A DNA stretch of 64,000 bases from Aplysia californica (taxonomy: Eukaryota), in assembly GCF_000002075.1 (NCBI RefSeq), contig NW_004797280.1, forward strand, positions 26,404 through 90,403, given 5' to 3'. The position numbers and the translations under genes are program-made. Shown piece by piece: positions 26,610 to 38,800 of the stretch (positions within the stretch are counted from its first letter, which is position 1; every line of letters begins with the position of its first letter). A model generated the notes under the pieces. The model was not told the origin of the DNA. It searched no databases and worked only from the letters and a program-made list of their open reading frames with translations.

Positions 26610-29600
26610 TATTATACACTTGAGTTTGGGACTTAAAGTAATACCCAGTTTGGAATGTTTTGTTCAGACTTGAGGGATTCAGGGGCAGTCTTCCAGGTCT
26701 TTTTTTTTCTTTTTTCGTTTATTCAGATAATATTAGGGAAAGGGACGGGTTAACCTTTTGGGAAATAGGTTAGGGTAAGTGTTACGCTACCCTAGAATGG
26801 TTGCCTTATTTCCTGAATCCATCAAATGCTAATAAAACATGCAGAGCTATAACTTCAGTAAGATTTGACCCTCAGATATCCCCGATAATGATTGCTTTCT
26901 GTACTTCTATTCTGTTTTACTGTAATTTTCTGCTTAAAAAATGGGAACATTATGCGTTTTTTCTTTCTCAAGAGCGCTACTGGTCAATACGAACGCAATA
27001 GTAAACAAGACTCCACTTGTGTAGAAGTCGCTTCAGTTCATGCTTTTCTCTGGTTTCAGCACCTCTTCGTCTTTACCTTGTTAAAGTCAAACATATAACG
27101 ATTACACTGTCAACTTCAGCCATACAGTGGGTCACATAGGTGTATTTCGCCATGTTGAATCACTTCTTGCTTTTTTGTATTTTTCGTTTAACAGCTTGTT
27201 GGTTGATGGTTGGGCTGTTGTTATAGCTAAGCATGTCGGTCTGAAAGCCCTTCAAAATAACTTTTTATAATAAGCCTGTTATGTTGGCATCGTGTTACAA
27301 CTGAGATTGTTTTTTTTAGTGAGAACCAAAGTAGTTTTTCTGTGCTCAGGAATACAACATAATGAGCTGCGGTGAGAGAGCGGGTCATTTGCAGAGGTAC
27401 ATGATATTAGTCTTGCTACCATAGGGCACTTGCATCACACTCACATGAACGAATGCGCTCTAACCTTGCTTGTCTCGCCGTTTTTTGTGGTACAATATTA
27501 CAATCAAATGAGCCGGGAGGAGGGTTTGCTATTGTTATCCTGACAGTTAATGTTGAATTACGGGTGAGCTGTTCTATTTTTTTATTCCCTTGACGAGATC
27601 AACTCATCCATAGTTGGCTGTACATTAAACTGCCATTTTGATTTTGAGCTTCTGATCTGTGTAATAATGTAAAAAAAAAAATGCTTCATAATCAAAACTT
27701 CACTTGATAAATTTTGTCATGAAGAGTAATATAATTGTTCAAGTATTGTACTTTTATTTTTTTGCTAGTTTTTTCACCATTATATGTTGGTTTTTAACAT
27801 AATTTTGGTTCATTTTTGTGGAGTAATGATAAACTAAGGCATATAGATCAGTAAATTAGGACTGTGACACCAGTATTTGTTAACAAAAATTGCCAGTGAA
27901 GGATCAAAACAAATAAGATTACCACAAATGTTCAGAACCTGGTGCAGAAAGAAAACACATTCTCTGAGGGTAGTGTTTGTGTTTGCTCTTGACTTGTGAT
28001 TTGGCAGACTTTGATCCTGGTTTGTATTTAACTTGGTCCTGGTTTCTGTTCACCTTAGGACAGATGGGCAGAAAGTGTGTTCAACAAAATTGCAGACATT
28101 GAAAACTTTACAGTAATCGTCTTTGAGCTGGCATGGAAATAACCCACCATCCCATTGCTTTCTTTGCCTCGGGTTGCGATTCCCCATCTGAGAGGACCAT
28201 TTCAACTGTTTGAAAAAATAACAAACAATAAGAGCTGACTGAAGCCTGATAATTTGTGGAGGGGGGGGGGGGGGGGGGGGGGTGTGTGCTTGCCAACCTG
28301 GCCTACACCGCCGACTAGTGGTAATTATTGTGGGCGATGGGGATCACCCGCAAGTGACAGGTATTTTATTAAAAGCCCTGCAAAATTTTAGCCTCTTAAA
28401 AGTGGAAAAGGGCCACTGGCACTAAAAAGGGTTGACAAGGACTGTTGTAGATTTTATTTGACTTTTAGCCTTTGATCAGGCTCTTACTGAAAATCTATGA
28501 AAGTAAAAATTCCCACTGCAGTGGACAAGTTAAAAAAAACAAAAAAAAAAACAAATAACGCTTGATAGTTGATCACCGTTGTTGAAATTGGGTTACAATG
28601 CCAAGCATAAATATTATATTTAATGGAGTGCTTATTGGCCCACAGGGGCATATATGATATCCCCTAGAACATTTCTTATTTGCCAACAAAATTGCGAGTT
28701 ATCTCCCCTGTATTTAGTCTCCCCCGAATATATATATATATGCATGCAAAGTACACAGTATTATACTCAAATGCGGACAGTTTTACAAACATGCCATTAC
28801 TGGTCGCGACTGTGCAATGCCCTGGTTTTTCTGGCTACGGTTGTTGTGTCTCGCTCAAGGACACACCCCAGTGATCACCAATCTTAACATAGTGTCACTG
28901 ACATTTGCTGGACATGTTAGTCCGAATTCGCTAACCACGCTGTCATATGACCGCATGCAGTTGCGAGCGCCGTAAAAACCTTAACTAAAACTAAACATGC
29001 TCTGGTGTTGTTTGCTTCTTTCTTCCTATCAAGCATCTATTGTCTTTATCTCCCTTCTTTCTTTTTTGTGTTTGTTACTCTCTTGCAACACCTCTAAATC
29101 TTCGACACTTATTATCTTATTGTGTTGCAAGTGCCGTAATACTCTTACTAAAACTAAACTAACCGTTCTGTCACTGGAGCCCCTGGCTTTGATCTCATGC
29201 AAAAACTTACTGTGTGAGATTTTAAAAAACACCCTGAAAAAAACAACAGGATAAACATATGATTATACGTCAACTGGAACAACACAGAAATGTAATCAGG
29301 TGGATATTTTAACGTAAAGATGATGACAGTCACATTCTCACATGACACCCAGTGACACACAAGGCAGCAGTAATAGGGATTGATTCTGTTCCCGATTTTT
29401 TTTTTCATGATAGGAAGGAAGATGAAAACTCTCCCAAATTATTTTGGAACTACGCATCATGTCAAAGCGGCCCCAGTGCTTCACTCTAGGTCTCAGCTCC
29501 AAATAAGATTTTATCGTACTATTGTCCTACGAGTTCCTGAGCAATTAGTTAAGACCTCTTTTGTGATGGACTTGTTGACCTTAATGGGCAAAACGGTGAA

Positions 29601-29853
29601 GTCATGTTGAAAATACATGTATAAAAGAAAATGTAGATGTCTAAAATGAAATGTAAAATTTGTTAGAAAGGGGTGTTGCAGGCCATACATTTTTTAAAAT
29701 CTGTGCATAACCAATTGAGGTGCAAACTTAATGGTGAAATAGCACTCATGACCTGTATGTAATTTAGATCGTCATCTTTTTGACATCCCTTGTAGTAAAT
29801 GCTCACCTCTTTTTTTTTTCTTCTATTTTTCAGACATTCGGCTCAGTAACAAA

Positions 29854-29898
29854 ATGAAAGTTGACAGATCAAAGTTAAAAAAACCCTCCTCGGAGGTG
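29854..29898 (+). CDS. HUWE1: HUWE1 coding exon 1 ([15 protein letters not shown]); exon starts at 29834
   Basis: tttcag acceptor, ATG at 29854, GTAAGT donor. Confidence 0.95.
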
Positions 29899-32800
29899 GT
29901 AAGTAATTTTTTGTTTTGTTGGTGGAGTAATAGCTATGAATTAGACTTTTTAAATGCTTCAGCGAATGAAAAGTACTTGTGTAAATTTTTCTTATCTGGG
30001 GTGGATTGGAATTTGTTCAAAGGTTTTTCTGTTGTTCAAACTTGACTTTCAGCTGTGTAGTTTTAATTTATTTGAGCTTAGAAGCAAATTGAGGTAAGCA
30101 CAACATTTAGAATTGTTTTTATTAATATAATTTACTGGTATAGAGTAATTTAGTTTTATTTTTGTCACACAGTACTGGTTGTAGCTCAATGGTTTTTCCA
30201 GTAGAATATATATGCTTACTGTAAGATTGAGCTGCGGAGTTTTAATTAAACTATATTATGGCAGATTTGAACTCTGTCCATTGGGAAAGGGATACTGGGG
30301 TGCAGTTATAGTGAGTACGGGTTCTTTTCAGATTCAGTTCATAGTTGTAGGTGTTATGTAGAGTATTTCTAGGTCGTGCAGTGATGATGGGACATTGTCG
30401 TCATTTAAGAAATGTTGCCAATTGTAAGCATAAATGCTTGTGTGCCGTACTATAATATAATGTCTTTGAAATGTGTATTTTACTTCTTTCCATTTCCATG
30501 TTTCAGCCTGCTGAGTGCAAGGTTCTAATAGACAAGCTCAGAGGCCTATCAGAGGATGACTTGTGCAGGGAATTGGGCGAGATCAAAGTTTGGACGTTTG
30601 GCAAGGTATGGCTGTTTTGTTACTCAATTCATGTAAGGTCTTTCTATGGTAAGGGTCGCATGATGACAATCTGTGATGTGTCGTATATCCCGATTGGGGG
30701 GGGGGGGTATATGCTATCAAATGGTGCCAAGGGTTTTATTTCTAAAAATTGATTTTATGTGTCTATTATTATGGTGTTTGTTTGTTTGTTATTCTTGTAC
30801 AGAAATGGGTGGCTTACAGCTGTTTTTTTTTTTTTCCTTCTCATTTTTCATGCTCAGTACATTGAAGAACAGATTTTAAGTAGGTCTTCATCCTGCTTTT
30901 ATGTTTTCCCTCAGACTCTCTTCCTGAGAACAAGCTCACTTTCAGTAATTCCTGTTTTGAGGTCCACATGTGAACTTATGCTTACTATATTTTTTAACTG
31001 ATGTGTTTAAAAAAAAATAGAATCAGTGAATTTTGAAAAGCCAGGCATTAAAAAAAAAAAAAGTTTTGATAGATGATGTTCAGGCCTCTCCCCATTCAAA
31101 CATCTTTTTGTTTCTAGGATTGGTGGTTTAAATAGAAAATAAATTTTGAACTTAATTTGCAGGAGTTGGTGGACATTTTTCCTCATTTAGTTACAGGTCC
31201 ATATCATCTCGTGTTGTGCTTTTCTTCTGCTTTCCAGTGTGAGCTTTATCACTGGGCAGACATTCTGGATATATTTGATGCCATCTTGGAGAAATCTTGT
31301 GCCAAAGAAAATGAAAAGAAATGGACTCTCCATTGCGATCTGCCAAGCAATGTACAGGTGAGGATCAGTTTCACTATTTCATGGTTTGTTGTAAAACGTT
31401 AGTCTCCAGGCATTAGACTAGGAAAAGTAATTTTTAAGTGTCTTGCCTGGGGCTAAATTTTTTAAAACTTTGGGATTGGTATCTCAAATCATATTTTTTG
31501 TATGCCTCTGCTATCTGCATGAAGCTTATTTGGGACACATGTGTTGTATTGTTCAGAGTATGTGACTCTTATTACCATTCATTCGTCTTGTAAAAGGTAC
31601 CACACTGAGGTTTTTTTTTTTTTTTCTTTTCAATAACATCCTATTGATATACTTGTGAATTCTACTGTATAGTGCATGACTATTTCAGTGCATCTAGAGT
31701 TCTTGCCAAAGTCTGAAAACGAATATGAATTCTGCTGAAAGTGAATCACCGCGCAGACATTTGGCCTGGCAGACATTGTGTATACACAGCCTTTCTACCA
31801 TTTGTCTCTTGGTCCCTGCTTTGTAGGAAGCTATTATCTCATATATTATGTATTAAATTAAAGGTTGTTCTCATGTGTTCCCCCCCTGCATATATAGCTC
31901 TAGCTGTTTTGTTGTTGAGGTGACTCATCAGTTATAAGGTCGTTGGTGGTTGGCGGGTGCTCTGGTGTGGTTTGCTCCTTCTTTCCTATCAAACATCTAT
32001 CTTCCTTATCTCCCCTTCTTCTTTTTTATGTTTGTTACTCTCTTGTAACGCCTCTAATCTTCTGGCACTCATATGACCTTATGCAGTTGCGAGCGCCGTA
32101 AAACCTCTACCAAAGCTAAAAAGTTATACGGTCATCTCTTCTTGCCCAGGGTAAAAAAAAACCCATCATTTTACAAAGGGGGAATCCCTGTCTACATCAC
32201 CCTTATAACAGGGACCCCAAGAGAATGGATTAATTTACTCTATAAAGTGTGGTTAGCATTTGAATATTCCCCAAATCTATTTTAACATTAAATAACTATA
32301 TTTTTTTTGCTTCTCCCTTCCAGCTGAAGAGACTGCTACTGGAGATATTGCGCTTCACAGCGCTGTTGATAGAGCACAGCTTCTCCAGGCACCTCTACAA
32401 CTCGATGGACCACCTCACTACATTACTGACCTCCTGTGACATGAGCACTGTACTCTACGTGCTGAATCTGCTCTATGTGTTCAGGTTGGTGGTCAATTGT
32501 TCGCAGTTTGATTACGTTTGGTCTCAAATTAATCCTTGTTGGTTTGTTTGGTCAGTTTTATGGCTGAATAGGAAGGTAGAGACTGAAGTTGAAGTTTTAT
32601 ACAACCGTTCAGATACTTTGTAATCATTCTTTTTAATGGCGCTCATATGACCTTATGCAGTTGGCGAGCGCCGTAAAACCTCTACTAAATCAAAACTTTC
32701 TTTTTAAATGCAAGTGAATGGATTAACTCTCACAAAGAAAAGTACAACATACACTGTTAACCTTCTAGATGAACCTCGGATAAGTTTGTTTTCATGAATC

Positions 32801-35800
32801 AAGACTCCCTGTTTTCGGTTCCACAGTAAACGATCAAATTTCATCTCTCGGATGAATCCAGAGAAAAAGCAAGGCCTGATACAGAGACTGGTACATCTGG
32901 CTGAGGTGAGTGGGACATGGAATTGGCTTAGTTGAATTTTTTAAATACGATCTTTGATTTTATAAAGTAGTATGCTTCGATGTTGGTTGCGGTTCAGTTA
33001 AAATAAATGTATCATCAACACTTATTGTATGCCGTTACTTCCAAAGAATATAAAGTCTTTTCAGTCTGAGCTTTTTTCTGATATTAGGGGATACTTGCAA
33101 AAGTACAAGCTAAATGTAATTGAAGTAATTATAATGCCCTGTTTTTGTTGCACAGGTAACTTTAATTGACGTTTGGCGACAACCTGTATTTCTTGCTCTT
33201 TTTATTTTTAAATTTTCTTTTGGTACAGAGTTGGGGTGGCAAGGAGAATGGCTTTGGTTTAGCTGAATGCTGTCAGGATTTACCTTCTGGGGTAAGTGTT
33301 TATGCTGTAACAAAATATAGAACTAGTGTTTATAGTATGTTCTGCTACAGCAAAGGATAGTCTATGACTTATGACCATTGCTGCATTAGATCGATCGCTG
33401 GTATCTGTGATGTAGCAATTAGACGTTTTGCTGTGGCGTGCTGGAGACCGATTTCAATTCTCGAGCGGGGAGGAAATTTTTATTGTGTATCTCTGTCTCT
33501 GTGCTGGCATGTTGTACCCTTCTCAGCCCTGGTCGGCCCTGTCAGGCAGGGTTGGAAGCCTGCCTCCCAAATGATCTAAATTGTGTCGGTCAGGGCGTAG
33601 AAAACACTTACATTAAAAAAAACCCCCCAGCATTTTAATTTAGATTTACCACCTTTTGCTAAAATGAATCACATGCACGTTTCCTTAGATCCACACTCCG
33701 GGTGTGTAAGTGGTGCCAGTATCCAGTGTTGCTCTTTGCTGGATTTCTCCCTGTGCCCCCAGCACCCAAACAACCTGACCGGCTGTTCATGGAGTGTGCT
33801 TGAGTCATTGGCGTGCAACAGTAGATATACCTCTGCGTGTTTAGCGTTTGTCTTGTAGTGGGTACATACAGGTTTGCTCTGAACCTGTGTGGTACTGTTG
33901 ATTCTACAAGGCTGCTAACTCACAGGGACACTCTTTGCTAAGGCACATTTAGCTTGCACATGTAAGAAGTTTTGAAGGCAATACCATGTCCCTTTTTCTA
34001 CTCACCAACCTCCCAGGTAAAACTCTATACTTACGTTTATTTAAATAATTTTTTTTGACTTTATACGCTTGCAAGTAGTCATCACAGTTGAGACAGATAA
34101 TTATTTGCCTTGTGTTTAAAAAATTCTAAAAAGATAAAAGTTCTGGTAGATATATCATTATATGTAGTATTTGGAATACGGTCACTTTCCTGCTACTGTG
34201 ATTGTCTTGATTAAAACTGTTAGATTGTTATGCAAATTTTTCTATCAAGTCCGTTTTCAAAGTTTTGAGGCAGTGTACTTTTTGTTTGTTCCAAAGCTGA
34301 TTATAATGTGCGACGTACTTTGAACTTTTATTTGTATAGAGAAAATGAGCCAAAAATTAAGACATTAATTGGTTTACTTCAACATACGCACGTTTCCTTA
34401 GATCCACACTCCGGGTGTGTAAGTGGTGCCAGTATCCAGTGTTGCTCTTTGCTGGATTTCTCCCTGTGCACCCAGCATCCAAACAACCTGACCGGCTGTT
34501 CATGGGGTGTGCTTGAGTCATTGGCGTGCAACAGTAGATACACCACTTCGTGTTTAGCGTTTCTTTGTAGTGGGTACATACAGGTTTGCTCTGAACCTGT
34601 GTGGTACTGTTGATTCTACAAGGCTGCTAACTCCCAGGGACACTCTTTGCTAAGGCACATTTAGTTTGTACATGTGTAAAGTCTTGTAGGCATTCGCATG
34701 TCCCTTCGTTTACCCTCCCCCCCCCCCCCAAAAAAAAACCCCTCTGGTTTTATTTAATACATTTTTTGGCTGTATATACTTGAGAGTAGTCACCAGAGTT
34801 GAGAAAGATAGTTATTACCCTTGTGTTAGAAAAATTCTAAGAAGATGAAAGTCATGGTAGATATATTGAGACTAAGGTTACTCGCTGTTACCATGTTTGT
34901 CTTGATTAAAGTTGATGTTAGATTGATATGCAAATCTTTCAATCAGGTCCATTTATTTTCAAAGTTCTGATGCAGTGTACTTCTTGTTCTTTTGCAAAGC
35001 TGACTAGTGCAACATACTCTGAACTTATATTTGTATCAAGAAAATGAGCCAAAAATTCAGACATTATTGTTTAACTTCGACATACGCACGTTTCCTTAGA
35101 TCCACACTCCGGGTGTGTAAGTGGTGCCAGTATCCAGTGTTGCTCTTTGCTGGATTTCTCCTTGTGCCCCCAGCACCCAAACAACCTGACCGGCTGTTCA
35201 TGGAGTGTGCTTGAGTCATTGGCGTGCAACAGTAGATATACCTCTGCGTGTTTAGCGTTTGTCTTGTAGTGGGTACATACAGGTTTGCTCTGAACCTGTG
35301 TGGTATTGTTGATTCTACAAGGCTGCTAACTCACAGGGACACTCTTTGCTAAGGCACATTTAGCTTGTACATATGTAGAGTCTTGTAGGCAATCTCATGT
35401 CCCTTAGTTTAACAACCCCCTCCCCCGCGGTAAAACTCGTGTTTATTAAAAAAAAAATTTTTTTTTTGTTGCCGTATAATATGCTTGCAAGTAGTCATCA
35501 GAGTTGAGACAGATAATTATTAGCCTTGTTTTTTAAAAATTCTTAAAAGTTGAAAGTCATGGTAGATATATTTAAAATAAGGTTACTTGCTGCTACCATG
35601 TTTGTCTTGGTTAAAGTTGATATTAGATTGTTATGCAAATCTTTTTATCAGGTCCATTTATTAAAAAAGTTTTGGTGCGGTGTACTTCTTGTCAGTTGCA
35701 AAGCTGACAAGTGCAACATACTCTGAACTTATATGTGTATCAAGTAAATGAGCCAATAATCAAGACATTAATTAAAAAGTAAAAATTCATAATGGCGGTC

Positions 35801-38800
35801 CTGCAATGGAATGCCGGCGGAATCCGACCTTCCATTGCAGAATTGCAACATTTACAGGNNNNNNNNNNNNNNNNNNNNNNNNNNNNNNNNNNNNNNNNNN
35901 NNNNNNNNNNNNNNNNNNNNNNNNNNNNNNNNNNNNNNNNNNNNNNNNNNNNNNNNNNTCTGAACTTATATTTGTATCAAGCAATACGAGCCAATAATCA
36001 AGACATTATTGTTTAACTTCGACATACGCACGTTTCCTTAGATCCACACTCCGGGTGTGTAAGTGGTGCCAGTATCCAGTGTTGCTCTTTGCTGGATTTC
36101 TCCCTGTGCCCCCAGCACCCAAACAACCTGACCGGCTGTTCATGGAGTGTGCTTGAGTCATTGGCGTGCAACAGTAGATATACCTCTGCGTGTTAAGCGT
36201 GTGTCTTGTAGTGGGTACATACAGGTTTGCTCTGAACCTGTGTGGTACTGTTGATTCTACAAGGCTGCTAACTCCCAGGGACATACTTTGATCTATATGC
36301 AAATGTGCTTTGTTTTCGGGTAGTAATGTGCCTTTTCCTTGCTTTCTATTTTGAAATAATGCTTTTGTATACAGGTACATTAACATTTTGATATTTGTCA
36401 TTTTTTTGTCTTGTGTAGGTATTTGGCAGTTCAACATTTGGGAGAGGGGGGCGGGGTGTGTTAACATTTGTATTCTGTTACTACATTGTGAATACGCTTT
36501 GTGTATATTGCAGAGTTTTCCATCTAGTGCCACCACCCTGCACTTTGAATTCTATTCAGAGAGTAAAGAGGATAAAGGAAGCAAAAAAGTGTCACCTGTG
36601 AGTATTGTGGTTTATACAGCCTCTTTGTATTTAAATGTTTCTCTTCATTTGGAAATTAAATGAAGTCCGTTGCTAGCACTGTGAGCTAATCAAGTTAGCT
36701 TTTGTTTTGTCTGAGGTAACACTCTGTTAAACACAGCAGGTTATGACTGTTGGTAGCTGCTACACCTTCACAGTTCTCCCTTTTTTGTCTATTTTGTTAT
36801 CTCTCGGACAGAGATTCTCCCCACTCATACTAGTACTAGTGTTTGTTTCATTTTGTGTAGTTATGTTTGATTAGCAACCTTTATTTTCACACGGTTTGCT
36901 TGGGGAATGCAACTTTTAGGTCTTACCTTTGTACTGTTGTTTATTCCCCCCAAGTCTATCTTGCCTTTTCTCATCTTTAAATGACTTATATTGTATTGTC
37001 AGTGTGCTCTTTAATTAAAACGTGTTACATTTGAATTTGAAAATGCCATATGCAAGTAGAGCATAGTTGTCTGTACATCAAATCAGCAAGTTTTATACAT
37101 TTCAATGTGTTCGGTTTACTCATTTTGTTGTGGAATAATTACTCATTTTGTTGTTGAATAAGTTCACATGGCAAAGTGTTTGATTTGTCCTCAGGGTACC
37201 TCCAATGTGATCCAGAGTATTCATATGGAAAATGTGGACAAGACAGGACGTATGCCGTCACAAATTATGGAGGATATTGCAGACCTGTATGAAGTGCCTC
37301 AAGAGAAGAGGGTAAGGTCAAAACGATCAGTTAGACTCCAGGGTTGTTTTGTTTATCTCTGAGATTTTTAACATAAAGCGCTTTGAGAAGGTTGAGTATT
37401 CTCATGTGAACAAGACCATCATCATTCATCATTGCGTAAGCTTTGCAATCATTGTGTATGTAAGATTGGCAAAGTCGTCTTTGCCAGTTACCAGGGGGCT
37501 AAGCTTCAAGGTCCGTCTCCATTTAAAAAATAGTCTGCACCTCTACACTGTTTTAAAGAATAACTTAGCATAGCAGTTTCTTGAATGATTTATTTAGTTA
37601 TTTTTTCAGATGTCCTCTTTCTTTCCCTCTCTCTTATGTCTATCCACTTGACTATCCCTATTTTATGTGCTTCCTGTTGGATTGTATCACCAACAGGCAA
37701 TTTGCATGCTATCTAGGGTTTATTTAAGGTTGTGGTTGTTTTTATAGTAGCGTTATTGGTGAAGACATTTCTCTATTCTTATTCTTTCTTGTTCTGTGGG
37801 TAGTTGGAGGGCGCAACTGGTAGGTCCTCCTTTTTAACTTTCCCTCTGTTGTTTCTGTCTGTGTGTCGTACTTTTTTCCCCAGCACTAAATGACTATTAT
37901 TGTGTCCATGTGCTTCTCTTTAACAAACAAACATTTTTTGAGGTGGGTTTTTTTTGGTTTAAAGATGAATGACCTCCAGTACTTTGATCCTAATCAATTG
38001 ATGCATGTTTCTCCTTACTTCATGCAGGTACTACTTTTCACACACATCAGACTGGCGTGCTTGTTCTCAGACTATGAGGCCAGGGTTCATTGTGTTCAGG
38101 CAAGATTACAGGCCATATCAATTTTGGGTAAGTAATAATGTATGAATGTTTGGTTTTTTTTTTCTTTTTGTTGTTTTGTTTTGTAGAGAAATACCACCCT
38201 TTTAAGAAGGTTAATAACACCCCCCCCCCCAGCAAAACGTCTGTAGTGAAACACTATGATGGTTTTGTCAGTGGTTTTTATTTAAAATGGGCACTCGGAT
38301 TGATTAAAATAAACTATTGTATTGCTGTGTAATGGCTTACTGAGAATTTGATTTCGAATAAAATTTTATGAATGGTGACGACCAAACCTGGGGAATACAC
38401 TCACACAGTTGCTGCACATGCTGTCACTGTTACGTAGCCCCTGAGAACATGAATAAACACACACAACAACCCCCCCCCCCCCCCCACCACCACCACCACC
38501 ACCCACAGTAAAACGGTTGAAGGCCATTTGGCAGTCACCTTGTGTTCATTCTTTGTGCCTTAGTTTTGTAGAGAAATTATGAAGTATTCTGTGACCTCTG
38601 CATAATGTTCTTCTCTCCCTCAGTGTATTCAAGTGCAATCCAAGAGAACATGAATGTGATCCTGTACCCCGGCTTGATAGAAGAGTTGGTGGACATTGTG
38701 GAGATCAAAGATACTGCCCTTGTGGTGAGTTGACTCATGGCACTAAGACGATGTCGTTTATGACGTAGCAGCAGAAAATTCTTTCGTGTGGTTGACGGAA

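Noticed and set aside
33664-34613. Repeated ORFs [19 protein letters not shown] as duplicated exons
   Set aside because: HUWE1 exons 6 and 7 join in frame without them, and the sequence matches an H/ACA RNA.
38375-38444. C/D snoRNA in intron 9 (GTGACGA...CTGA)
   Set aside because: No internal boxes, no recognisable guide and a weak stem.
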